From Chrysomallon squamiferum (taxonomy: Eukaryota > Animalia > Mollusca), in contig CM022679.1 of the NCBI GenBank assembly GCA_012295275.1, positions 15,934,001-15,998,000 of the forward strand: 64,000 bases of DNA. The letters are read 5' to 3'. Made by a program: the position numbers and the translations under genes. Below, one piece after another: positions 47,901 to 62,282 of this stretch. Below the pieces are notes generated by a model, which did no database searches, had not been told where the DNA came from, and saw only the letters and a program-made list of their open reading frames with translations. Each line of letters starts with the position of its first letter. Positions within the stretch are counted from its first letter, which is position 1.

Positions 47901-49496
47901 TAATTTTCAAATATTCAAATATGAAATCAGTTATACAAGATGTGATGCTGTTATTTTTCCTGATATAAGTTAAAAGATAAAAGAGTCTCACCATAACGAA
48001 AAGAGCCATTTCGGCTGGAAATAAGATTGCTATCACGCTTTGAATTTGCTATTACCCAAGTGCTGAGAGTAAAAACAAATAATAATTTGGTTGATAGATA
48101 CGTTAAATGGACTAAAATGTTATGTTTAATATGCAACACAGCTCAGCTGTAACATGAATATTCACGAATATAAAAAGGAAAATGTGAAGAAAAAAAATAT
48201 ATATATATATTATTGTCTATGGGCTTATGAACTGGTGAATTTCGCTCAGCAACAAAAGAAAATTCGTCAGCATCCAGAAAGAATGAGCTTTAACCAAATG
48301 AAAAAGATAAATAAGCTTTCCCATTTTCTGTATTGCATGAATGCTATATATGTTTTGCCTATCATGAAATGTTTCTTTTTCCGAATTGCAGATTTAAATT
48401 TCAAATTTTATGGCATGGATAAAGATAAGGAAGACAAATTGCGCATTACACACAAGTGCCCCAAATAGATGTCCTAATAACTGGATAAAATGACAGATAA
48501 TCGCGTTTTGATTCAAACATTTTAGAAAGCTCTTGTCTGTGACAAGACTGGAAGATAGATCCGATCAGCCTGAACATAAATTATTTGTATTTTTATTTGT
48601 ATATTTGTATATTTTATTTCTTCATTCATTCATTCATTCATTTTATTTTATTTTATTTTTATTTATTTCATTTTATTTAGTTAGTTGTTTATTCATCATC
48701 ATCATCATCATTTTTTATATATATATACTTTACCTCAGTAAATACGAGTCTGTCAGTATCTGACTTTATTTGTTCAGAATACTGAGTTTTATAGCATTTA
48801 GACAATTTGAGACAATCACAGTATTCTGTCGACTATATTCATAGTCAGTGATTGCTTTTATCTAAAACAAAACAAATAGACTTGAAACTTTTTCTATTTT
48901 TTCATTGACGAAAGTATAATTCTTTTCCCATTTCTCCTCGTTTTGTCTAACCTATAATACTCTTGTTTAAAGCCTATGACATAGCATGAACTGACCCGCT
49001 ATGAGGAGTTGTTTTAGGGGTTGCCTAGGACTCGTGTTTAAAGCTATTCAAACGCCGAATTAATGTAATTAGAATTATATATGTATATATGAAAACATAT
49101 ATGTATGAAGATAATGGTCTCTCTGTGACTTTTTTAAACTGTGTTTAAAACTGCTGAATATCCAACTATTTACCTCATGAGTTATTGATGTGGATCTTTT
49201 ATCGACCACACATGTCAGTTTGATAAATCTAACTGAAATAGTTGCGTATTACGTTATTTGAAAGACTTTAAAACACTCTAGATCCATTGATATTTATACT
49301 TCTCATTATTATTTAAATAAACAAAAATCAATATTTCATTATTTCGTATTTATTTTTTTTAACACAATTAATCATTTCCATAATGCCGTTTGACAGCCTA
49401 GATTGCTCGAAAAGTGATCAGCGACTACAGGCATAGATGAACTATGTCTCTTTTATTGCACAGTTTTTAAAGAGAAGAACTTAGGAACAGCAACAT

Positions 49497-49564
<68 letters not shown>

Positions 49565-49641
49565 ATAGTAGTAGTAGTAGTTGTATAGTGGTACTAGTAA
49601 TAATAATAATAATAACAACAGCAAAAACAACAATAAATATC

Positions 49642-49695
<54 letters not shown>

Positions 49696-51258
49696 TAATA
49701 AAATTATTATTATAATTATTGTTATAGTCAGTGATCAGTGTTAATATTTAAAATATCAAACTCATATTTCCAGTTTTCAATATCACTCAGCGTTGTTAAA
49801 TCCACGATATGCTGTCTCAGAAATATAATAGAAATAAATTGATCGTCTAGCTGCAACAATAATTACAGATTAGTTTGTGATGTTCTAAACGGAGATATTC
49901 GGGTAAAATGGAGTTGAAACTATGCATTATTTTTATTTGGCAGCGATCAAAGTGTTTTAAATTAAGCATTAAGTAAGTAATCAATATGTTTTTATGCTTC
50001 TCTGTTTATTCAGAACCACTCTGATATTTCTAACTGATGTGTACAAGGACCAGATACGGTTCATGTGTCTAAATCAAACACTGTTTATTTTGTGAGTAAT
50101 TCGAGAAAGATTAAGTTAGTGGTATTTCAAAATTTAACAGAAAAATGCTTTGAGTCTTTAACTCTATAAATTAAATAAGAATAATGCACAGCAATATGAC
50201 TAACTGACTCTACTTTATTTCTCCGAACTGTTTCCCGACCTTTAGAAGTCCGGTTAAAACACAATAAAAAGTCAAGTGCAGCTGTAATTGCTGCATCAAA
50301 ATAATTTAGAGTGTCAAATAAGAGAAACGTACATTTGTGTAAATACTGCGACTAAACAGTGCGAGTTTCAATCTACAGCGACACTACTTCCTATCAGACT
50401 GCACCGTTACAATAAAATGCCCCTAAACGGCTGAAACGTCGTAAAAGATTATTTTCAACTGAAAACAAAATTAACTGAAAAACCCAAAATGGTATTAAAA
50501 TAGACAACTTAATAAATTAATAAAGGTTATTTATATAAAGGTATCTCGTTTTGCTGTTATTTGGTATCTAATGCTGTTTTAATATGGTTGAACGAGTCCT
50601 TTAGCGTCTTTACAGCGACTGCCCCCGCTGGTTAGAAGACAGGAGTCCTGTTAGCTGCTCCTTTCACCATCGCAAAGTCACAATATTTTATGAATGCTTT
50701 TAATAAACAATTTTGGAGATCACGCTGGAATGGAGAAAATTAATTCTTGATTCAGTAAGAGGGAATTATCTTATGACCATCATGCGTCAGTAGAGCTCTC
50801 AAAACAGATGTCTTCGTTAAAAACATTTATAATTAATATATTCTTTATTCAAAATTGAGTTCATGAAAGCCAATTAGTCAGTGTCAAAAATACTGGGTAT
50901 AACTAATGTTCAGACTAAATAATAGGGTTGCTATACAAATTCAGCAATATTTAATGCACACTGTTGTTTAATATGAATAAGACATTGTTTTTTTTTATAT
51001 ATAATAACGCTGTAAATGTGGCAGATTTGATAAATTCCAGATGCAGACATTTTTCTTCATTGCTATAAATTAATCCATTTGTGATATTGTGACATAATAT
51101 GAAATATACGGAGAAAGAAATTAATGCAGAATACATTTTAAGAATAGCTAACAGTTTTATCGTAAAAAAAAATAATAATAAAAAAATAAAATAATTTGAA
51201 AAAATAAAATAAAATAAATAAATAATTACGGTCGTTGATGTAAATAATTTTATAGATA

Positions 51259-51334
<76 letters not shown>

Positions 51335-54300
51335 ATCAACATCATCATCATCATTATTATTAGAACTGAATATAGGTATTCTTAAATTTTTTCTCTACGT
51401 AATAAAGCGGGTCATCGAAATTCATTTTAGTGTCCGTACATCTGTCACAGGGCAAGATTTAGTATAAACATTAAACATAATAAACACTCATCATACTTTA
51501 AACAACAAAACCAGCTCATATAAATAAACACTGGTTAAACCTGTCAACGTGACAATATATAATTTGGTACTGTCATAAGGACAAAATTAATATATTAGTT
51601 ATAAACAATAAACATAAATAAATATTGATTAAAACCTGCCAACATGACAACCAACAGAAACAGACAATCTAACAACACAATAAGCAATTTAATAAATAAT
51701 AGACATGGCAGAAGCTTCATAAATTGTTACGGCAAAAAGAAATATTTGGAAACTAAACATGCAATAAAGAAATATTCACTTAGGTGGTTACGTAACCGAT
51801 ATAAAATAGTTAATGAAAGACTGAGTGCATAGATGATAAAGCAGTTCACACTGAATATTAACTCCAGCCTGATGTAATTCTTTAGGTATGCATTTTAAAG
51901 CTACCTTTCATTTGATTTTATTATGTTGATATATGTTTTCTTCGATATTATTGTAAGAAATGCGACAGATAAATAACATTTATGAAACACAAACTCTAAA
52001 GAAACTTAGTCATGTACATGATGTCGCATTTACACTGGTTAGAAATGTCATTTATTACAGCTACTCTAGATAATATGTCCGAGTTTTTTGTTTATGATTG
52101 TTTGGTAATATACATGAATAGTGAGTGTGTGAAGTACAATTATTTAGTTAATGAACCAAATATGCAGACGTTTTATACATGTGTAAACAATGTCGAATAC
52201 CAAACGGTAAAAATATATAACCCAAAGGTAAAACATTACAGTACGCGAACAGGGCCACATCGTTATGGCGATCATACTGTTGCGTACATCTGACTCGATC
52301 TCTTTAGCATCATTTCTTTATCGTCCTCATAATTCTAGGAAAAACTGACGTTCTCAAAGATATTTTAGGAAAAAACGGAATTTGCGGAGTTATGGACCGT
52401 TAATATTCTGTAGATGCAAACTGGTTACATCTTGAAAGTTCGTGGAAAGAATTATTTAGTTCGATCGCAGTCAAGCCAAGAAAACAGATCAGTTGAGTTT
52501 AACCTTTTCAAAATATATTTTTGTTTTTTTTAAAGGTGACGTTGGCCGTTCACAGCAAAGCGGTAAAATAATTGCAAATGTCTAGAAACAAAAATTCAAC
52601 AGGAATCTGCCATTTCTTCCATTTTTTGACTGAAGTCTTGGAAAAATTGACGTGAAGATATTTTGAAAAGCATGAAGATCATTTTGCAGTATACTATGCC
52701 TTTTTTCTCTGTTATGTAGATTGTTCCTGACAAATAATAAGTATTCCCAGGAAGTATATCATGTAATGTGGCTGTATATAAATTATATGTCTGACTGTAT
52801 TAAAATATAATTCTTGTTCTGATATTAATCAAAGATTCATTTATTTATTTAAATCAACTGATACTGTGGTCTGAAATATTAGCTTTTTTCCTTTGTGTTT
52901 GTGTGTACACAGTTATGCAGGAAGGCCTCGTGTTAAGTTTATAACGAAGTCTTGAAAGACGTGGACGCCCACGTTGGTTGCTTCCTGGTTTTCTTGAATC
53001 CCAGAACGTATGTTTCTACTGGAAACTACTGTGCCCCTGTAATGACTTGTCTTTGTGTGTCTCATTCTAATCACTGTACCATTAACAGTACTGAAAAAAG
53101 AGACAGACATTTTAATAGAGAACTGCCAGTGAGAGGAAAACATGATCTGATTTTAATCAGTTTTTAATCAATCTTCTATGTATGTATGTACGCACTTATG
53201 TAGTATGTATGTTTGTGTGTATGTAAGTATGTGCCTATGCACTAGTATGTACGTTTGTATTTATGTATGTGCGTATGTGTGTACAAGTATGTATGTGTGT
53301 ATGAATGTATGAATGTGTGTATGAATGTATGAATGTGTATAATATATGTATGCAAGCTGATATGTATATGTGTACGTATGTGTGTATATAAGCATGGATG
53401 AATATATATATATGTGTGTATGTATGTACGTACTTATTTTTGTATGTGTATAGATGTATGTCTGTGTGGATGAATGTGTGTGTATGTTTTCGTGTGTGTA
53501 TGTGTGTGTGTATATATCCATGTATGCATTTTTGTATGTACATGAATTTATATAAATGTGTGTTTGTATCTATATGTATGTAATCTGCATATACAACCAT
53601 AACTTATTTTACAGGGACAAAATAAAAGTATGACTATGAATAATGTATTAAGCTGTATAACTTGTGCTGAATGCATATTAGTATGTCAGCTTTGTTTTGT
53701 AATAGTATTTTAATTCGTGGATGTGTATTTGTAATTTGTGTAATGTAAAAACAGAAAGATGACTTCTTATTTTATCAACTGCAATTGAAAATGTTTTCAA
53801 GATAATGATAAATATCCACGAAAGGATAAAACGAAATGAGCGTTGTAACTCAGGATGTGTGATGTGTTTTCGAGTTTTACATCCAGTTAAATCATGCCAC
53901 TCAGTACAGTCTCTGTGTTAGGTAAGTTCAGTACGTGTTATTTAGGAAAGAGCTGATTTAGCCTTTTTAGATCGGTGTTGACAGTCGATCCCATCAGTTT
54001 TCATTACAAATTTTAACTGTTGAGCCAGTCAGGCCACTGAATGACTGCAGTGAAATGAATTCAAGTGTAATTCTAATTACTTCTAAAAACTGTGAAACAC
54101 TTCGGCTCGTTTATAAACTAACATGTGTCAGTCTATGTATGGAGAAATCTGCCGACCTCAGACTATGTTCATTGTTCGTTGTAAATTGCTTCGACATGCA
54201 CAAATAACCCTCGCGACCTGAGTAATGACTTGCAAAGATTTGGATACAGTGGAGTGGAACTGTGGGCTAAGTTTATTATTGGTGGTGCATTCTTTTGTAG

Positions 54301-54999
54301 ATTTCATATCAGTGCTTTCCATTGGCTAACCACTAATCTAAGGATGGCCGGCAGTTGTCAATCACGGAACTGCAAGTGTAAAAATATTATGAACACCGGG
54401 TTAATGTTTTGTCAATCAGAGCAGAATGCACTGAGATTATTTTGAAGACGTTGTTTATTTGTGATGTTCAGTTTGGTGGTAAAACAAGTCGTTTGTGTGT
54501 ATTGATTATTTCCCTTGCGTGACACAAGACTGTAAAAGTAAAATTCGAAACAGCAAGGTGTCATATAAGACGTTTGTTGTGACTGTCGAAGAGTTTAAAT
54601 TATATTTTTATTAAGATTTATTTTTATTTGTAAGAAAAGAAAGAAAGAGAAAAGATTCACTGATATATGCTTTATTTAAATTCTTTATTGCAGATACAGA
54701 TACTTATACCTTTCTGCTGGAAAATTCTAATCTGTGTGATCTGTTATTCATCGCAACATTCTGAATGAGGCTCTTTTCAGTTAGCTGTGAAGTTTTTATT
54801 TTTTGATTTACAATGACAAGACAAGTGTTTTAGCGTGGAAAAATATATTTATCATTTCCCTTGTGTTTTGTGACACCGTTCAATGGCTCTCCACGGATGG
54901 TATTCATAGCTAACGGCTACTCAAAGGTAGATCGGCGTACATGGATGCAGCTGTCTTGGTAGGCGACAGTTCGTCGCGTTGGCAAGTGTGAACAGCAGA

Positions 55000-55383
55000 A
55001 TGTCAGACCGTCCGTCCGTCGTGTTCTGTGCGTGTTTCCTGCTTGTCACTTCTTTTCTGTCGTTGACGACGACTCGAGCGTTGAAAAATATCACCATCGG
55101 ATACCTGACGTCAGCGAAAACGGAGAAATTTATTCGTACGATACAAGGGAGGCTGATATCTGGAGCGATAACCCTGGCAGTGGATCAGATAAACGACGGA
55201 GAGCTAATCCCCGGACACAGGGTCAGTATCATCTGGGCGGACACGAAGGCCAGCTCGTTGCTAGCCACGCGCTCCCTGGCCGAGCAGTGGCGAGATGGGG
55301 CCGTGGCCTTCTTCGGGCCGGAGGACAGTTGTACAGTCGAGGCTCGCTTAGCCGCTTCTTTCAATCTCCCCATTATTTCTTAC
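55000..55383 (+). CDS. First coding exon of a second, paralogous receptor guanylyl cyclase-like gene (signal peptide and ANF-receptor ectodomain start); later exons not found in window
   Basis: MSDRPSVVFCACFLLVTSFLSLTTTRALKNITIGYLT...QGRLISGAITLAVDQIN...EQWRDGAVAFFGPEDSCTVEARLAASFNLPIISY|GTAAGT. 27 of the last 34 residues are identical to gene 1 exon 1 and the phase-0 intron position is the same. Candidate upstream acceptor ttattgcAG ends at 54693. Confidence 0.88.
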
Positions 55384-55643
55384 GTAAGTACTACGTTTTC
55401 AGTTATCACTTTCCGTGTTGTAGAATCACTATTTTTAAAATTTGATGTGTATATATATATATATATACATATCAAATTTTAAATATATATATATATATAC
55501 GCGCGCGCACGCACACACACACACACACACACATAAAGATACGGATACAGACACAGGTATGAATATAGATGTAAGACAGATAGATATAGATATTAAATTT
55601 TAAAAATTTGTACGAAAATTATTAAAATTTTTGGGGCTGTCAA

Positions 55644-55707
<64 letters not shown>

Positions 55708-55740
55708 TTTTAATTAGAAGTAATATAAAATTTAAAAATT

Positions 55741-55773
<33 letters not shown>

Positions 55774-57082
55774 TTATTAAACATAAATGTTGCATGTTAA
55801 AATTATATCCAGTACAAGTTTCCCTTAACAATTAAATGTAGGTAAAGGTCGTTATAAATTTTGAACTTTCATAAACAGAAAATTACTTGTTCTTAAAATA
55901 CTACATCTGACACACGATTTGTTCAACCTGTATAAAACTGCATATAAAAAAATTCCTTGCTAACTGCCCTAAATCAGTATCCTATGGAGCCCTACTAGCT
56001 TATTTTCTCTTTTATTACGTTCATTATACAAAAGAAAAATGTATGACTGACGCCAAATGACCGAGATAACGTACTGCTTATCACGGTTGACTGTTATTAC
56101 ATTCAGTGTTTTGCATTTGCTCGACAGTACTGAGTAAATCCCATTAAACCTCGAGCTTGTGCTGTGATCGAACTGCTCTATCAGGACGAATCGACATTAA
56201 ACATTCTAATACTGGAATTACAGAGGTTGAGGGCACTGTTGTTATCAAACAAAGACAAAGCGTGTAAAGGCTGAAAAAAAGTAAATGCATCTTAAACAAT
56301 AGTCCTTTATTCAGTTTTTCGAACTGTCATTCAGTAAATAGAATTTGCTATTTTAATCAGGTTTATAGCTTATTTCGTTATTTTATAACGTAATCCCAGA
56401 GCTCAGCATTGGAAATTTCATGGGGTAAAACTTGATTATAAGTTTAAATAATTAAAACGATTGACCTAGTTTCAGAATTATGCCGTCATTCAGTAGATTT
56501 CTTTTAATACCAACATGACGTTGCAAATTATGTGGAACCGTTTTCACTGATGAGTCCGAGAACCTGATTTTCATATCAGTTATCAGTCTGACATGTCTGT
56601 GTATTCATGACGTTGATGCTATGAGTGCTTTACTGAGGAGGATATCTTCGTTTTACATTCGCTCTAGTTTCCGTTCGATTTGTTTTAGAAATGGCAATGA
56701 TTTTGGTCACTGTTTGAAACAGTAATGATGAACGTTATATAGGATTGTGCAGAGATAAATAAACTGTTAACCTTAAACTTTCAACCCTCGTGCTGCAGAT
56801 GACATGGATCACCTCACGCTGGCCTCTTCACACCGACAAACACGTTCACTTGGTACAGGGCGATATACAACACATCAAACTACAGTTTTCTTGTCATTTC
56901 AGTGGAGACTGAATCAAACATTTTCAGTTTTTACGATTTAGAAACAGCTGTGACCAACAACAGTAGAAACTCGCCATCAATGTCTGATTGTTTGAAAATA
57001 ATATCAGCTTATTACGTTATATTACATGCGGATACACTGCACAGGCCATTCGAATTTTAATAGCTCTTTTAATATATATATA

Positions 57083-57134
<52 letters not shown>

Positions 57135-58091
57135 TAGCAAAAGATAATACAAATCATTGTGAATGTTTGATCATTCTTCCAAACCAGAAATAATATGTTC
57201 AAATCTAAGCACTGGAAAACAAACTTTTATAGGAATAAAAAAACTAATAATCAAGAATAAAATAAGATCCTAACAAATAAAGAATTTTTTTTTCCATTTT
57301 CTATCGCTGTTGGTTTCATTTACAAATAATAATTATTAGTTCTCCAAAGCATTTCATTCTCCGAAATGTTCACAGAACAATATACAGTATAACAGTTACT
57401 GCTACAGTTACAGTAGACGTTTTTTCAGAACAGGTAGCATTTTTTACCTCTCTAGTGGATCATCAGCAAATCTTAAGATAGTTGGTTCCAATATTTAAGC
57501 TCCAGTTTTCAAGATAAAATCAAGAAACGGGATAAAACAGCTCTCTCCGTTTAATCTGCAGAGACGTGCGATTTGCTTTGAGTAATCAATGTCAAGACAG
57601 AATCATCTCAACGTGGCCAAGACCGACAGTAACTTCACATATTTCATTACTAATCTGCAATCAGTATTCATTGAGTTCGGGATAAGACAAAATGTTCTGT
57701 CTCGGATTTAGATCATTCAGCAGTTCAAGACTCAGTATTTATGACTGTCGGTGAAATGTGAAACCGGCTTGGTGCTGTAATACTGACAAATAAATCAGCA
57801 AAAACAAGAAAGCAATAAGAGATAAAGTACACTGATGAAATACCGTTTGAATAACGTAACAGTTATTATATTTCTGATGAGAAACCCCCCCCCAACTCTT
57901 TTATTACACAATATATGAGGACTATATTTCCTGCATCATAGAAGAGTAATTCAGAACGTAATTAAAATTTTGTTATAATTTTTCTTCTTCTTCAACAAAA
58001 AAAAATAAAAATAAAATAAAATAAAAAATGTTATTTTAAATCTGTAATCAGATTACCAACATTTAACAAAAGAAAGAGACACATAGAAATG

Positions 58092-58185
<94 letters not shown>

Positions 58186-58251
58186 TGGATGGATGGATGG
58201 GATAGGCAGCGGGTAGATAGACAGGTCAGAAATGAGCAATGTCCACTCTAA

Positions 58252-58282
<31 letters not shown>

Positions 58283-58914
58283 AATGACAGTTCCTTGTAA
58301 ATATGTTTGCGTATTTAATAAAATACCACTGACTGCAGTGACAAGGCTAGTACACAAGTACTTAGTTTTTCATTTTGTTCTTATAACGATTTCAGATGAT
58401 AAAATCTCAAAAACAGAAAACGAGAAAAAAAAGTATTTTAAATAGAAATCCATTAATAGCTCGAGGAAGTTGAATTATTAATTGAGATAAGAAACTGAAG
58501 TAAAATTAATAACTTCTTATTTATAGCGTTTTGTTATTGAAGTTAACTTGGATTGCTGATATAAATTCTGATTAGTCATTATTCTTTTGTAACAGAGTGT
58601 TTTTCCTTTGTTATTTTTGTTATATTTAAGCCTTAGAAAATAATAATCGATTAGTTAATTAAATTTTCCAACATTTGTATAAATGTGTGTTTGTTTCTGT
58701 GTGTGTGTGTCTCTGTGTGTTTGGGTATATATAAATATATATGTATATATGTATGTGTGTGCATGTGTGTGTATGTGTGTATATTTGGTTTTATGTATGT
58801 CTGTATGTATGAATAGATAGATATACAGCCAGACAGACAGATATATAGATATTGGATTTAAGTTTGTAGGGGTGTATATATGCATGCATTATGTATGTCT
58901 GTGTGTGTGTCTGT

Positions 58915-58997
<83 letters not shown>

Positions 58998-59406
58998 GAC
59001 ATGAACAACTGACTAAAAGACCGTCTGTTTACTGAATATTTTTAAACGTAGAAGAAAATCATTTGCTTCCATGTATTTCACCTTGCTAGCGATTAAGTAC
59101 AGAAGCTATTTCTACGATGTGAAATGGTATCTAAAAGTAATTTCGAGATGTTACTGAGAGTAAGTGTTTAAACAGCAGATGTGTTCCGTGTGTTGCACAG
59201 GTGTTTAACACCACTGAGATACTGGGGTGTGAGAATCATGTGTTGATTCTCAGTTAACGGAAACCTCTTTTTTATTTCACTGACATTCCTGCAGTGGCAT
59301 TATCTTGATAGAAAGTCGTGAGAGAAAGTTTCGTTTTGTAAAAAAAAAATGGCTGACCGACACATATGATTAATGAATGTTGTACACAAAGATTTTATAA
59401 GATAAC

Positions 59407-59923
59407 AAAGCTAAATATCTTAATTCTAAGTAGCAAATCTGAAAAGCTTTCGATTTAATAAAAAGAGGTTTTTATTATCTGATTCTTTATTTGTTCTTTC
59501 TTTCTTTTTTCATCAGTTTTTGAACATTTGTAAAGGTCTGCATACATGTACGGATTTTCTAAATCATTAAAGAAGATCTGACGAAGTTTCAACACCCAGT
59601 CCGTCTATCAGTTTATTCCTGCAAATATGAGATTAGTCAATAAAGAAAACTCTGTTTTTCATCTTAAAGTCCTCAGCAGGTATTGCCGACACCAAACAGA
59701 ATTTCCTATGATGTGAGATTAAGCGAATCCTCTTTGCAGGTTTTTAAATCTACCTAGCACGAGTGCTGCACTCAATTCTTTCAAACACGTTCTGTACATC
59801 TAGTCATTACATGTAGTTCTGTACATGTAGCTGCGATTAATTAAGCTTTCCTGAATCCAGAAAACTAAATATCCTAATTCTGAGAAGCAAATCTGAAAAG
59901 TTTTCGATTTAATAAACAGAGGT
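59407..59923. repeat. Direct repeat pair of about 65 bp (59407-59470 and 59861-59923)
   Basis: CTAAATATC(T/C)TAATTCT(A/G)AG(T/A)AGCAAATCTGAAAAG(C/T)TTTCGATTTAATAAA(A/C)AGAGGTT occurs twice. Confidence 0.75.
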
Positions 59924-60038
59924 TCATCTTACTTGCTTCTGTTTTCTTCAAAGTATGCGTACATGTGTATATAACAGAAATTATATAGAAGTACAAATAC
60001 ATATATATATACATACATACATACATACATATAAATAT

Positions 60039-60469
60039 GACCGAGCTCGTAACTCAAATTTGCTCGTATATAAAATCAATTTTCCCAAATGAAATTAATT
60101 GAAATGCCATTAATTCGTTTCAGCCTTGCCATGTTGACTATACGCACACCTCGCTCATGTTTTTTTCCATGGACATCGTCCGCTTCTTCTTCTCAGCACT
60201 GTCCTTTGCGCTCACTTTCTTAGGAGCCATTGAAATTTGGCAAAATACTGCACAAAATGCGAACATAACACAACAGAGATGTTTGCACGGCGAGGTAACC
60301 ACGTAAAGCAAATGAGTGAGATGCAGGATGCTGGACGGATGTTGTGTTGTTCGTTGCGACAACAAGCTCGTAACTCGGATTTTGGCTCGCAACTCAAAGC
60401 AAAATCTCCCAGCGGCTGATCGTAACTAGGAAAATTCGTAAGTTGGAGCACTTGTAACTCGAGGTACCG

Positions 60470-60472
<3 letters not shown>
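60039..60472 (-). mobile_element. Internally deleted Tigger/pogo-family (Tc1/mariner superfamily) DNA transposon remnant
   Basis: Minus strand begins TA|CAGCGGTACCTCGAGTTACAAG, a Tigger-type terminus. From ATG 60230 it reads MAPKKVSAKDSAEKKKRTMSME and, after a frame break, KHERGVRIVNMAR, resembling the CENP-B/psq-type HTH N-terminus of Tigger transposases. Subterminal GAGTTACGAG repeats are present; the second TIR is missing. Confidence 0.8.
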
Positions 60473-60528
<56 letters not shown>

Positions 60529-60701
60529 TACACACATACATATATATATATAGATAGATAGATAGATTTATATATGTATACAAACGCACACACACAAACA
60601 CACACACACACTCACGTTCAGTCATATGTTGAGTCTAACAAATATATAGGAAAACGTACTATCAAGATTTCTGTGGCTGATATAGTCATGCTTCTAATGA
60701 C

Positions 60702-60815
60702 TGCGGGCGAACGGGATCGAATCTCGTCAGCGACATCTGATGTTTAAGAGGTTATTTTTATACTTTATAGCCGCCTTCTCGAATATTGTCTATGTGCAGA
60801 GTCTAATCAGACGAG
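60702..60815 (+). mobile_element. Same SINE-like family, degraded copy C
   Basis: TGCGGGCGAA...TCGAATCTCGTCAGCGACATCTGA...AATATTGTCTATGTGCAGAGTCTAATCAGACG matches copies A and B. Confidence 0.6.
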
Positions 60816-61479
60816 CACGCGGTAACAAAACATTCATTGCTAAACACGCCGATGCACACAGACACATGCACAATTTAACCTCGATGTTTTATCGGTTTGT
60901 TAGGTCTGTTAACATGTTAAAGACTCGTCTTTTTGAAGACAAGTGTTGCCAAATTAAGATAATTGCTCGTTTATTACATGTCAGATTCAGAAATCTAATA
61001 TGCTGTTATTTAATTTCTGAAACTCTATTATGTATACATTCTATAACAATAAAATCTATTATCTGTTCATCAGTCACATTTCTGAATTCCCAGTATACAG
61101 CAGTTACACTGGAATGATCATAATAAGACGTATAGGTCGATTATTTTGTTCTTTGCAATGTAAAGTGTGTGAGGGAAATCAAAATAAATATCCATGTTGA
61201 CTGTTAAACAAAGCTCACAAGAAATAATCTTTTATTGCCATGAAATCATTTGCGTCACAAGCAGCAACTGTTGCAGTCAGATTGGAAATTTATAAGAAAC
61301 TAAGCTTTCCTCAAAAATAAATGAGAAACAAAAACAAAAAACGTTAATAATAAATTATTGATACAGTGCAGCTTTGATGATTACAATGATAATGATGATG
61401 ATGAAGGTAAGAAGAAAAATGAATGAATGAATGAATGTATAATGATATAAGAAAAATTAATAATAATAATAATAACTGA

Positions 61480-61522
<43 letters not shown>

Positions 61523-62010
61523 GTAGATAGATAGATAGATAGATAGATAAATCAATAATGATAATTTAAAGAAAAGTTAATTCAAATTTCTTTTATTTAG
61601 AAATACTTTACAGACTAAACGGCTCTTTAAATGATTGATTTGATGATGTAATTATAACTGCACAAGTGATATAACGAAACACACTGTTTGTTGGTACAGC
61701 TTGATGGCGTATTTTCAAACTTTAATTCAAAGTTGAAGCTGAGTTTCAAGTAACTAGTTTTATAAATGATTTATTGTTCAATTACGTACGAGTTCCCAGG
61801 CAAGACTTGTATTATGATGAAATATCTAAAGACATCGTTACAAAGTTGTCTGATGATTGTACAGTTTCACCATGTATGCACTGTCATTATGTTAGCTTTA
61901 TTTAATATCTGTGAACTGCAGCATATTATTGTTTGGTCCATAACCATGTAAAACCCAAACGCTATATATTGTTATGTGGATCATATAATATTATATTAAA
62001 ATATAATTAT

Positions 62011-62051
<41 letters not shown>

Positions 62052-62153
62052 TTTTTTATTTTTTTTATTATCTTATATCATCACAGCTACACATCTGTTT
62101 TGCCTGTCTCTATCCGTCTATGAATCTACCTACCTATATATTACACACACACA

Positions 62154-62282
<129 letters not shown>

